Shown in pieces: positions 22,850 to 36,238 of a DNA stretch of 64,000 bases. Location of the stretch: the NCBI GenBank assembly GCA_964035545.1, contig OZ037766.1, forward strand, positions 2,604,001 to 2,668,000, given 5' to 3'. How positions within the stretch are numbered: the first letter of the stretch is position 1; each line of letters starts with the position of its first letter. A program made the position numbers and the translations under genes. The notes below the pieces were generated by a model, which was not told where the DNA came from, did no database searches, and was given only the letters and a program-made list of their open reading frames with translations. Origin of the DNA: Bugula neritina. Its lineage: Eukaryota; Animalia; Bryozoa.

Positions 22850-24094
22850 ACCTGATGTATCAATAAAACATGTCAAACATTGTTAATAATCTTTTAAATA
22901 TATTAATTATTTCATGTCATGTGCTTTATATGAATATCAAAGTAAATTTTTGAAAATTTTACTGATAAATTAAACTCTTAGTTGTTACTGTCTACATATT
23001 CCAGTGACATGTCCTTGTTTATACGACATAGGCAATCAAGTTTGCTTTATGCAGCCATCATGTATCAAGCTGCTCCTTTGTTAGTACACTTGCACTAATT
23101 AGTATTCATAGAAACTGTTGTAGTATCTGAGAAATTAATTTTTTTTGCAGGATACTTACAGTAGTTTTAAGTAAATAGCAAAAGTAACAGCTATGCGAAA
23201 CTTCAAATTTGAATGGCAGGATAAAAATAGAAACTTATAATAAATATTACCAAAATAGGCAGCTGATGCTACAGCAGCATAGGAATTTGTGCCACTTGCA
23301 GTGAATACCCAGACGGCTAGTGGTACAACTTAGTTTTATAAATATTACTCAAAGCAAATATAATAGCTTCCATTTGGTTGTATGGCCATCTACCCAATAT
23401 AGTCTGATCGTTTGTGCACCCAAACACCCACATTACATCCTTTATAAATTTGGAACTATAACCTGGCGCTAAGCAACGCTGGACACACTAGGATAAAGTT
23501 ACATGAGATAATATCACCGTTCAAAACCAATATTTATTTTTGTGCAGTGCCAATATGCTTGTCAATAGTAAACTTGTGCCATCTTTCTTTGCACAATGTT
23601 CAAATTAGGTGTGTTTTGGTGAGTGGGAATTTAACTTTATCCAACAAAATTAGAGGTGAAAGTGCAAACAAAACCATGCAAGCTTGTGCAAAGCCTTATG
23701 GAGTTGGCTTGTTTCAGTTAGTAAAATTTGTTCTGTTTTGTTTTCAAGTATCAATTAAGAATATCATTTTTATCCAAGTTATTTAAAAATTAGCTAAAAT
23801 TTATTTGAGTTGCCATTATATTACAAAAGAAACATATATGGTTAGCAATATGCACATACATTTATTAGACTTTTATCAAAGTTTCAGTGGCCATAAAACA
23901 TTCATCACATATCAAAAACTGATACAATTGAAAACGAAATCTCTTTCAGCGGAAATCAAACATAAAATGGACAAGAATATTCTCAGATTTAAACAAATGA
24001 TGCTATCTTTAGAATATCCATGGTACAGAGTCACAAACTTAGTTGAACAAGTTAATTCCTATTACAGAAGAGGTGGTTAAGGCCATCATCACAT

Positions 24095-26741
24095 CTAGCT
24101 GTTCCCAGCGCTGTTACTACCACCTCCAACTCTCTGGAACCATTTATCTCGCTTAATCTCTTCAACTGTGTAACGAGTTTTGATTGGTTGAAATATCTTG
24201 TCCAAAAGATTTTTACATTCTGCAGAAACCCAGTCTCTCTCAGGTGGAAACTTGACTCTTGACTGCACTTGCTTGAGCAGCACTTTGTGGTTGGTGTCAT
24301 CAAAGGGGAACCTGCCAAACACCTGCATAGAAAATGTCAGTAAGTAGTGCAATAGACAGTCTGATCATTAAACTGCAGCCAACATATTATGTGCCCAATT
24401 CAAGTATTTTAAATAAAATTTAAAAAATTATTTGGGTCATTTTACTTAATTTAGTACACACTATATATATTATATATATTTACTTTTACAGTTATTTTTC
24501 CCAGTTTAGCCTCTAATATATATTGTTTCTTGCATTAAACTGACAAAATAATAACAAATACAGCTGAATAAGCAAGTTTTTTTTCTAATTTCCCTTGATT
24601 TTTTGTTATCCTGATTTTTTAGTAAATCTGGCCGTGCTGCGTGGAAATAAAGCATATATAGTGTGTACTAATTTAAGTTGAATGACCAAATTATCCAGCA
24701 TTCTTTTACCATTATAAATAGTATGACAGCCAAGCTCCAAATATCAGACTTGAAGGGGTCGTAAGGCGTGCCCGTGAGCACCTCTGGGGCTGCGTATGAG
24801 TAACTGCCGCAATAAGTTCTACTCAGAACTCGTGTACCATCTGGTCTGGTAAGGTTGGCTCTGGCAAAGCCAAAGTCGGTTATCTTAACGTGATTGTGTT
24901 TGTCTAAGAGTACGTTCTCGCACTTGAGATCTCTGTGGACCACACCTTTACTGTGGCAGTAACCTATGCCCTCTACCATCTGCTTGAACCAAATCCCTGG
25001 AAATGTAAGAGTGTTATAGACAGAAGCTCTATAATTAACATATCTATAGAATTATCAGTTAGTGCTGGATTACTGGAGGTATTCTTGCAGCCTGTGATCC
25101 TTGATTTGGTAATGAGTTTTGAGGGGTCATAAAGACGTCAGCCCAGACATGAATACACAAATTTTACTAAACAATAGCAAATTTTATAAAACTTAATATT
25201 TAATTCATTGGACTTCACAAATTTTATGTGAATTGTGAATACATTAATTGTCTAATAACTTTGTAACATATAACTCAGTTAGATTACTATAATATGATCT
25301 GTAAAACTATAGGTTATAAAATCCAACTGTTTTTCACAAACCCTGTTGAAGATCTACTTTTGAAATTGTGGGACTTATCTTTTTGTAACTTCATATAATA
25401 CTACATTATGTACCAATATATCACAGTACATTGGCAATATATGTTATATATATGCAGTGCTAAAAAGATGTGTGTGTAATAATAAAAAATGAAGCAAATG
25501 TTTTGACGATGTACAATTTTTAGAATAAGCTTTTAAACCAAGAATGAAACTTGACTATTATTAATTATATTTACTACTGTATTTAACTATAACTACTAAC
25601 TATATTCAACTACTTAACTATATTTAAACATGGTTTACAAGCATGAACTATAAAAACATGAAAATAACATCAAATGTGTAGTTTCCAAACTAAATAACTG
25701 CTTGAGAAGTTTTATAATTCACAGTAATTGAGGTAAACAATTTATTTAGATCTGGTTTATTGCTAGACTAGGAGAAAAAAACTCCTGAAATAGTCTAGAA
25801 CTCAGTTTGGTATGAGTTAAATTTTACCCGCTTACATTAGAGTTTGTTTGGCTAATGCATGTCTACTTGATATAGTAATACGGCTAGCTTTAGCTTATGG
25901 TTTTGTTTGTCATTGTGTAAGTGATGAATTCAAAAGTGTTTTGTAGCTTTAGTAGTGAGTATTGCGTTTTTTCTATATCAAAAGCTAATGTTACACCTTG
26001 AGATTTCACCAAGCATGCAAGCAGTAATTAGAACTGGAATGCAAGGTGTATCAAATTTCTAGCTTTCTCTTAAAACGTTGCTTTATTGCTGAAGAGTTCT
26101 TACTCAAATGTACTTGAATTCCAAGTTTAAAAACAAAACAATTAAGAAGCAAACAGACGGAAAGACGTTGTGCTAGCTCAAATAGAGTTCTGGATGAGTC
26201 GCAAAATTAAATTGTAAAGTTGTTGATTATTTCTAATGGACAAATTACCTGCTTCTCCATTATTCCCTACAAAGACTTTATCTGCTTGTTTATTAATACC
26301 TACGAAAGTTTTACCTGCTTGCGGTTCTTTCACATAACGCTGTCTGTTCATGACGTCTAGTAAATCTCCACCTTCTGCCAACTCCATCACCAAATACACT
26401 CGGTTGGTCGTCTCTATTGATTGCAGAAAACATACCAGGTTGGGGTGCCTCAGTACCTTAATTAACTCTATTTCTCGCGGTAAGAACTTCTCGATATAGT
26501 CACGTGGTGCCTTGTTTTTCTGCACAATCTTTACAGCAATTTTTGCCTTATGTTTTGTAGAGTAAGCAGCTTTGACCACAGCGTACGAGCCATTTCCCAC
26601 GGTGTGACTAACTTGGTATCCGTATGCCTCTAAGACTGACTGTTTAAGGGAGCCGGGTGCGGGTGCTTGACTACTCTCCTTGTTTTCACCTTCTTTATTA
26701 GCGTCGGAAGCCTCAGCAACTGCCGGTGGTACTGGAGGCAT
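24095..26741 (-). CDS. TSSK4: Testis-specific serine/threonine kinase, TSSK4-like, 313 aa
   Basis: Exons 26741-26315 (GNGSYAVV, AVKI, KFLPREI, IETTNRVYLVMELAEGGD), 24996-24710 (HRDLKCEN, DFG, TYCGSYSYAAPE) and 24322-24095 (PFDDTN, SAECKNL). Phases consistent; motifs closest to TSSK4 as recalled. Confidence 0.88.
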
Positions 26742-28152
26742 TGTACAAATATTCTGTTATGTTTCACTCATTATTAAACTCCTTTAGAAATTTAGAAAAA
26801 ATATTTTGTTGGAATTTCAGGCATTTTTTAAACCATGATGTCATTAATAATGCTTTGAAGTTTTTCAGAAATAAGTTGAAAAGTTAACCCAAATATTTGT
26901 TTTATTGGAGCTAGTTTAAAGTACACTTCGATGTGCTAAATATACTGCAGTATATAACTATAAAAGCTTTTTAGAGACTGTAGCTTTATTGCAATCCAAA
27001 AATGTTGACCAATAAAACTTCAAATATGCTGTTGTTGCTATTATATGTAGGAAAATAAAAAAGCTTCAACATTTGGCTGAGTTTATTAAACTGTTGATTA
27101 TTGCGAAATATTAATAATATATTATATATTTTTACAATTTATTGGAATTAAAATACAAATAATAAAAGCTAATAATATAAAGATTGTGGGCTGTAACTTT
27201 GCCTGGTTATACTCACATGAAAATCATGCTCACACATGTTACAACCTGATTGGTTAAGACCTGGTTGTGTTAATATGATCATTATTATGGTTGAAATGAC
27301 GGACTACGTGAGTTGAAAGTTGAAAGCAAGGTGACCATTAAATCTGCTACAAAAGGTTAATAAATCAACCTACACCAATTCTGATTAGTAGAATTCTATA
27401 TTTTGCAGGTCTTCAAACCAAAATCTTCAAATCCTATTTTAGCAATTGCATTTCACTGACTAAATAGGATATTTTTGCTGTGCATGCTAGTTTTAAAGGA
27501 AATACCTAGCAATAACTAAAAGTACTAGTTTATATTATTAATGTGTTCTTTTTGTATTATTTATCTATTCAAAACTGTAAATCTACACCATATTTTGATG
27601 ACATAATTATGTTCAAAGGGAGATCCTTATTGTACCATTTATTATAAGTATTAGGTATTCTGAGTTTAAGTAGTTTCAATTTATGTGTCTCAGTAATGCA
27701 ATTTTAATTTAAAACACATTACCTGCTACAGCTTTAAAGAGTTTGAAATGATATTAAAACATTACTATTAGCTGACTATGAGACTATTTAATGCATATAA
27801 TAGTGTTTTGGTCAGTCAAATGTCAATTGGTGATATAAAAATCATTAGTTATCATATTACTTCGGGTCTATGTCATTAACATGCCTTAGCTGACTTTGAA
27901 ACTTGTTATGCTATCTTCTATTCACTGACTATAAAGCAATGAGGTTAATGCAAAGAGACCATTGTTCCCGCCACTTAACTTTAAGTTGCAAACAATAGCT
28001 AACCAATCGCTATTGAAGTCCATTCGCTGCGTCCCTAATAGTTTGATGTTGTCATAACTACAGTGAGTGAACATAGTGAACCACTGGAGTCCTAGCTGAT
28101 TGAATTTCTTACATTTTTCAACGAGGTTTATGTGCTGACGAAACGCACGATC

Positions 28153-31100
28153 ATGTCTGGTAATGGATCAGAAACTATCATGAAGGGTAATATAGACCCA
28201 TTTGCAGTAGATATGAAAAAGATGATAAACAGCAAAGATATGAGGTGAGTTACTAATTACAAATTTAGCTAAAAGTTAATGACTAAGTCTATCACTATGA
28301 TTAAGGTTAGCTTTTCCATAGTTTAGTTAGTGTTTGTAGAATCAGCATTATTTACTAATAGCAGTATACGACAAAGTATAGACTTCCTTAAGCAATTGTT
28401 ACTAAACTTGAATCTAAACTACTGCTTAAAGAATATAAATGTAAGAGCTCTTATCAATAATTTCATGCTTGTACTTATTTCACATCTGAGTTTGGTAACT
28501 TTTGCTAGTTAATAACTCACCAGCTAATTGTTTATTTTAGTCTTTGATACCAGTCATAAGGTTTGTATAATAAACAATATATTGTGTAGTTTGCCTCAAC
28601 TGTGATGTTAGCTCCAGCTCCTATCGTCCTCTGTAAGGGAGTAAGCCCCCCCCCCCTGGGTAAGGGTGCTCCACAGTCTTTCTTTCTGGCTTGAGAGCTC
28701 ACTCCTATAGACCTCAGCACGTTTTTTTAATTTATGTATTCACAGTCTATTTTTCAACTGTACTCAGCTGCATGCACTCTCTATATCTATTCCTTGCATG
28801 CGACAACTTTCTTTTGCATGAATACGCTTTTATATAGCCATTATATTATATATAACCATCACACAGGCCACTTCCACACCACATTTTAAATTACTTTAAA
28901 CTAAATTAAATTATTATATTATTAAGTTTTTTATGTCATAAAATAACAGCTTATTAGTAAATTAAAAATGTTGATATAAAACTTATCAGCAGATTTTTGA
29001 CATAGTAGTTATAATTATTTCAGTATATTAGTTTTTAAATTGAAAACCCTTATACTAATATTATTCAATTCACTCTATATATGTATACAGCAAATATCTT
29101 AATTATAATATAATGGGTTGTGCATGTATTTGCTTTTGGTAATAAATAAGACCTATACAAGTTGCAAATACTTTTGTAGTGATATAAAATTTCTTATTGG
29201 ACCAAACCGGAAGGCCATCTATGGACACAGAATACTATTGTCAGCGCGCTGTGATGTGTTTAGAGCCATGTTTCTAGATCAGGCGAGTCAGCAAAACGCT
29301 GACAAAGAAGTACCATTCGTTTTATCTGATATCACACCAGATATTTTTTTAGCCGTCTTGGAATTTATCTACACCAACTGTGTTACACTCAACAGTAAAA
29401 ATGTAAGTCTCACTTGCAAAATTTCTTAATAAGAAAGATAATTCATGCTATACGTATTCATTGTGAAATTTTATTTTATTTACTTGAAACTAAAGATAAA
29501 ATAATAAAACTCTTTGAACTTAAATTAAGAACTTCATTAATCAACTGATTTAACTGTGAGAAATCTTTCTTCTTAATAACTGCAAATTCAAAAAGTTTAA
29601 GAGTACAAACTATTCACACATTTAAGTTTTTCACACAAACAACATACTAAAAGCAGCAAATATATATAAAAGCTGCAAATTTGCATCTATTTTTTCTGCA
29701 TGCAAATAGTAACTTCTACAATGATGAACAATGATGAATTACATAAAAAGAAGACGACTACTAACATTTGATTGCTTTTGTATTTTATAGGCTATTGATA
29801 TACTTGGTAGTGCCATTGAATTTGGTTTGGATGAACTTAGAAAGGTAATTACCCAATAAACTCACTGTTTATTAGTAATTGTGTCAATAGTTAATTTTAA
29901 TAGTAAAGTTGCGTTTATGCCTTCACCTTTATACCTCACCTGTTATACCTTCACGGTTTTCAGTCCCAATATCAATTTGGCGGGTTTGAGATAGGCAAAA
30001 AGTATAACAAAGGTATAAATATAACTTAATTATCTAAATAGTCAATAGTTAGTTTTAATAATAATTATGCTAATATAACTCTTGCAGCTGTGCAACCAAT
30101 ACCTGGTGGATAATTTGGGTATAAACAATGCCTGTGATGTCATGCAAGCAGCTGTCACTTTCCAGCAAGATGAATTGAGAGAGAAAGCGCTGAGGTTTAT
30201 TCAAGACAACACAACAGTAAGTATTCCACAATATAAGTATGGCTAATAAGTAGACAACTTCAAAATAGCAGTTTAAAATTTTTTTCAATATATAACATTA
30301 TATTATATCATGATATGTCATATTACGTGTTTTACTACATGTATTATAGTATGCTTCAAAAAGCAACAACCTTTTTTTTGCATGTAAAAATATTACTTAA
30401 TTACTTGGAAGCAAACTCAGTGAATAAACATGGGTTTCAGTTATGCACAAATGTATTTTTTGAAGACTTAGCTTCAGCTTCAGGTTTACTGTATACAATG
30501 TGCATTATTTCATCAACGCAGAAAACTGGCAAAGACAACAGGGTAAATATTGCTCGACTGTGTCTAAATAACCACCATCTGTTGAGTTTTGAAGTGCAGT
30601 ATGTCTCAACACAGTAGAGTAAAATGTAGTCTGGTTGATACCTTATCTTGTAGTCTCTGCAGATGTAACTCTTTCATTTATTAATTAATGGTAGATTTAT
30701 ACTTAGCTTTACCACATGTACAGTTAACCAATACACTTGGCACTTTGTATGTGTTTTCATTAGCATAATTCTACCCTCAGGAATTCGGTTATCAATATTA
30801 ATTTTGTTGTATTAATACAATTTTTTAAATTATAACAACATTATTGTTGTTAAAATTGCCCCCAATAAAAATTGAGATTGAAGTTAAAAAGCGGTTAATT
30901 TATTTAAGCGAAAAGTTTTTGCAAGATCCTATTTTTATTGTATAATAATATGAAATGGTTTACCCTTTTATGGCGTGAAATGAGTTACCATTTTTCTAAA
31001 ATTCACGTTGCAATTAGTTTTATAGTCTATAAAGTTTCAAATAGATGTCATTATATTATCTGGTTTAGCAATAACAAATGACTTGACTTCTTTTGGAATA

Positions 31101-32613
31101 ATCTAGAACGTTCTATAACATTTTGTATTCTATAGTTTGCATATTGTTGACAGAGTGTATTTCGGACAAAAGGTTTCCACGAGATGACAGACGACGCCAT
31201 GTCAGTGGTGTTGCAGAGCGACCATCTTAATATTGACGAGATGGAAATCATAGACGCTGTGAGAGAATGGGCGACCGTCAACTCTGTACGTTTCAGCTGA
31301 TTATAAAACTCAAACTATGTTTATTTAATTAACATTCAAATCTCCATATTTGTCAGTGATTAGAGCTGCATTACTAATATAAACAGCAAATAAATATAAT
31401 TCTTATAAGGTATTTTTGGTTTGATCTGTGTTAAGCCTGTTATGGCTTGAACGAATTTTGTACCAACATATATGAAAATACTCACAATTTCTTTTAAAAT
31501 TGCATATATTTTATTCTATCTATTTAAATTATAATTAGAATTGAACTAATTTTAAATTACAAATTAAATTAAGCAATAATTACAAGCTATAAACATCAAT
31601 GATGAGAGTTTCAATGTATTGACTAGGTGGTACTCGGTAAGCCAATATCAGAGATTGCTAAGAAAGTTGTAGAGCACATACGTCTGCCGTTGCTCTCTCC
31701 AGATGAGCTAAAAGAAGTAGATGAAGAATGCCAGAGAGACAGACTCATAGCTGTAAGTCATCACTTAGTAGCCATTATGACTCATCACTCTTACATATTC
31801 CGCAGCAAATAATACATACTGCATTTCTAATAAGGTTATAATACGGTTTCGGAATTATAACTACTACATTTGAGTTTTTTTACTGCCTTACTATAACTAC
31901 TAGCTCAAAGATATCAGTAGGCCTATAGATGAATTTTGTCTTAGGGGAATGATTAAGGTACTAGTTACAGAACAATAGAGTCTCTGTTATTCTTGTATAA
32001 CTTTCGGTTTTGAAGTGTTCATATTACTTAAATGAAGAGGATATTGTGAACAATGATTTTCAAATCACTGCAAGACTAGAAATATTAGAATTATTAATTG
32101 TGTTTATTCTATAACTTTAACAAATATATGAAATTTTAAAATTAGAGTTTAAATTGCTTCAAGTACAAACACTTATCATTTTTGCAATCTGAAAACAAAC
32201 TTCTTTAAGTTCTGTTGTTGTACAATGTTATTTGTTAAAAATAGATACATAATATTATGTTGGCAAATTGCACTTAAGCGGTTGTAGCATAAGAAGTTGC
32301 CTGCCCAAAACTAAAAGACAGCACTCAAATCAATTCATGTAGATTTTTCAAGCTAGCCCAAGATTGATCTTTAATTAAAGCAGCTAGTTCGCAGATTTGG
32401 CTATCAATTTCAACAGCTTCATGGACGCACACAACTCCAATATTCATGTTTTCTTTTCTTTTTGCATCTCTTTGTCCATTATGCTACTTGCAGGTAGACC
32501 ACATATCATATGCTTGGAGATGTCATGCGCTGAAGAAAAGCTCTCCAGATAATCGCTTGACGTGGCCGAGAAAAGGCACCAAGGCGAGAGATCACCACAA
32601 AAACTTCCGGTAA
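28153..32613 (+). CDS. BTBD19: BTB/POZ-BACK domain protein 19
   Basis: Seven exons: ~28153-28244, 29180-29402 (SDIKFLIG..HRILLSARCDVF..FLAVLEFIYTN), 29791-29844, 30088-30216, 31154-31285 (VFRTKGFHE..VREWATVN), 31627-31752 (HIRLPLLSPDEL), 32494-32613 (AWRCHALK..RKGT..RDHH). Colinear with human BTBD19 as recalled. Confidence 0.9.
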
Positions 32614-33623
32614 ACTGTTCTCTTGTAAAACCTGACTTCACTGTATGATACTGTGCACAGACTGATAGAGAGAGTAATGCGTATTTTATGCATCGGCAGC
32701 AATTGTTAAGTAGCTTCTGCTATGTTTTCTATGCATTTTTTAGCAAAATAAATTTCTTATTTCTCGTAGCTCTTGAAGTTTTGTATAACCAACTGAGGCT
32801 AACATCTTTCTTTAGTCATAATATTTTTAATTAGTGAATTACTTTTAGATAAATTTTGTAATCCTTTAATACTAAAAATAGACATTGCATACATGTGATA
32901 GTAAGATCTCTTTGTAAATAAAAACTACTTTGAATTCTCTAGACAAAATCTTTTAATACTTCAATTTGTTGAAAAAAGCAACATGCACTGATTTTTTTTT
33001 AATTTTCCGGCCAGTAAGTTGTTTTATCCATAGATACTATATCAAACTTAGAGACAATAAATAATACATTTATTAAACAAAACATGCATGGATGCTAATA
33101 ACCAGACAAAAGAAAAATACAAGTTTAATGTTGGGTACTGCAGAAAAAAAGATCAAAGAAATGATAAAAAGTTTATTACGCAATTGCTTAACAATGTGTG
33201 CAAATGTATGTGCTTGAGCAAATTTAAATATTGCATAATTTACTATCCACAGTCTGTGTCTATATAAAATCACAATAGAGCATGTCTACAATTAGCTATA
33301 AGAAAATGCATTATAAACCAGCATACATGCAGCTTTTTTGTGCAAAAGTATTCAACGGACCAAGGAGAAAAGTTGCAGCACAGTGTTAGTGGAACTAATT
33401 TTTTGCCAAATTAAAAGTTAACAAACAATTGAAGAAAATAGATTCTTTGAGGTTCTTAAAATATCTTTGTAGGTTCTACTCTACACATAAATACAGATTC
33501 ACAATTAGCACTAGGTGCAACCTATAAAATAAATATCAGTTTAATTTTAGATTTCTTTTGATAAAGAACAATGATTGGTGAAAGTGTTATGTCCATTTAT
33601 GAAGTTTTCTTTAAATCTTGGAG

Positions 33624-35611
33624 TTATCTCCAACCTTCAACTGAAGCGTCAACTGAATACTGTGGGTGGGAGTCGCGATACCTTGCACTGAAAATAGTTT
33701 ACATTATAATCCATAGAGTAGAATAACAGAGTAGAAAGTTGCTAGAAGCAGCACAGAGTTGGAAGTGTTTGAACACAGCCCTTGTATACAAATCAGTGTC
33801 CCAAACCCCCAACCCTAGACTTAAGACTGCTCAACAATTACACTCAGCTATCCTTAACCCAGTGCTGCTTCGAGCGAGTTCTAACATAGTACTACTAGAA
33901 TTGTAAAAAAAGATCTATGTTAGCAGACTTACAATATGTTTGCAGGTACTGGGCGCTGCCCGTACTGGTCTAAGATTGGCTTCTGTTGAAGTGTATACTG
34001 CCAGGAGGAAGTAATTTCTGGCCTCAGATATCTGGTTGCATAGCCAGTAAATGTGCGTTTCTCTGAGAAAATATATTTTAAACAGAAACCAAGTAAATGA
34101 ATTTATTAAACAAAAACATAGTATAAGTTATGCAAAATGTATTATTTAAATCATTATTATAAGAATCTTAGTTGCACTTTTGCTCAATTATGTAGCTTAG
34201 TTTATGAGTTGAGTTGAAGTTAATAGTATAAAAAACAATTTTTACCAAAATATACAGAGATTGTTAAAAGATTGACTAAATAATGAGAAGGGAAAACAAC
34301 TACAAACTATAGCATGTGATCTCAATATAGCCTTTGTTCAAGAGCAAACCTACCTGTATTGCACAGGCTCTCTCTCATTTCTGGGGTAAACTTAGAAGGA
34401 GTTCTTACCAACTCATCTCTCCAAATCTCTCTGTGCTTCCTATAGCAACAATAGACAACTATGTTATAAGAATTAACCAACAACTAATAAAATAACAATT
34501 ATATGTTGTTACTATCAGTTAAGATTTTGCATCAACAAAGCAACGTTATAAGATTTGGTGTCTCCAAACTAAATTTATAAATGCAATAAGTAATTATATG
34601 GTTGACAGACAAGAATAATTGAAAGTAAATTTTATCAGTTTGCACCTGTATGAATATACTCACTCTATACTGCTCATTGCCTTCCTTTTGTGTAGATCAG
34701 GGCCGTGCATCAGCAATGCTCGACCTTGGGCAGTGATTGGCTAAAATGTAAATTTGCATATATTTTATAATATCATCACTTTTTAATTGCATCAAAATAA
34801 CATGATTTTGAATCGTATGTAAGTTTACTGTACTGGGTACATACATTTTTTATCATCATTTTGATACTTACTAAATGGTGGAGCTTGATTCTCCCAGGTA
34901 AAAGTACAGAACTGCTTGATCTTGTAAAGTCAGCTGTTAACAAAAGCGACAATGACTCATCACAGTTAAACTTTACGCTAGAATTGAATTGCTGAAACGT
35001 TGAGCTTTTTTAATTATGTCCATTTGATTCTAATTATTACAAATAAATTATCATCACAAAATAAAACCAATTTTTTTTCTCAACAGCATAAGTTTTGCTT
35101 CATTTCCAAATACAATCCACCAAATTTTGGCTAATGGATAATAGCTGCTATAGTTTATTAACTTAAAAATGAGTTTTGATATAAAATAATTTACAAAGTT
35201 GACTTTGTGCTACATGAAGCATAAACGGTTCTTTCATGAAATATTTTAGCACATGTATGAGTTTTTAATTGTCACATTTATGGGTGTAGACTTTTCCACT
35301 AGAAAACAGTTAAAATTAAACACATATTAATTTTTAAAATAAATTATGTACTAATTTGATACTATTCAAAACAGTGCAAAACTTTTATCTTAACTAACAA
35401 TAGTTGAATGATTACCAGGTCCAAGGGTTGTAGATGTGCGACTGTGTTCATCAGGTAATAAGTGCATGTTAGTATCTCGATCCATCTGCCTTATTTTTGG
35501 GAGTCTAGGATTAAAGATTCCATGCTTCACAGCTGCCAACCTAGTACTACGTGAAGGATATTTGTAAGAATATCCAGGCGTAGCACCCGTGCCTTGCATA
35601 GCAAGTGACAT
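33624..35611 (-). CDS. SPMIP8: TEPP / sperm microtubule inner protein 8 homolog, 204 aa
   Basis: Exons 35611-35416 (LAAVKHGIFNPRLPKIRQMDRDT..LPDEH), 34933-34872, 34740-34664, 34439-34354, 34062-33933 (GYATRYLRPEITSSWQYTLQQKPILDQYGQRP), 33687-33624. Both blocks match conserved TEPP motifs; all phases consistent. Confidence 0.88.
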
Positions 35612-35869
35612 TTTGAACTCACGGAAATGTAAGTGTTATTTGGCTTAAATAACAAACTGAAACTGAAAACCGAAAATATTAATAGTGCTACAACTAGTAC
35701 TGCTATGTCTATTAAGGTAATTAAACTACTCAGTCTGAGGGCTATCCCACAGCTAAAAACGTTTTAATTGACGTACAAAGTTAGGTAACGGCTAATAGTT
35801 AGGGCAAAGTTTCCGTAATTGAACTATTAGAGCCATGTGCAGAGGTGATTAGTGCTCATTAGTATAGGA

Positions 35870-35883
35870 GTAGCTATGGAAAC
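35870..35883. promoter_or_regulatory. RFX X-box in the TEPP/ADAM divergent promoter
   Basis: GTAGCTATGGAAAC fits the X-box pattern and lies ~260 bp upstream of a ciliary microtubule inner protein gene. Confidence 0.55.
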
Positions 35884-36238
35884 AACAGGAAACAATTAAT
35901 TATAAAAAGATATTGTTTCGTATAAGTTGCAATTTTAAAAAAGTACTGCAACAACTTGTATTTGAATTTGTTTTTAAATGTTTATAAAAATTTAAAAACT
36001 AATTTTTTAAAACTTTTGCAAGGTTTTGCACATTTCATAGCTCTATTATGCATTTTCGAATCAATATGATCAAAAGCGCATTTTCGGATACTGCTACTTT
36101 ATTTGAATGAAATCGCGTCGATGCATTGTACTCATAAGTCATAACCACTGCTCGCGTGAAGGAGCTATATCAAGTGCGAGTGAATCTTTTTTTTAACAAA
36201 AGTTACTACCTAACAACTTAGCTTCATGGAATAGTTTT

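Larger units (their letters stand above)
18504..23370. repeat. Tandem segmental duplication: unit 1 ~18504-20630, unit 2 ~20631-23370
   Basis: Both units start ATATACCTATATAT..AAATAAATCACAGTCATACAATACCAAATTATTCTTGAAAG and stay colinear (SINE, TATA region, MITE, conserved exon, 3' flank). Unit 2 is longer because of a hAT MITE and a low-complexity expansion. Confidence 0.95.

Noticed and set aside
19946-22876. Minus-strand ORFs 19946-20170 and 22685-22876
   Set aside because: Starts are not shared between copies, and the splice, start-context and poly(A) signals all favour the plus strand; one change is a radical L/P in this frame.
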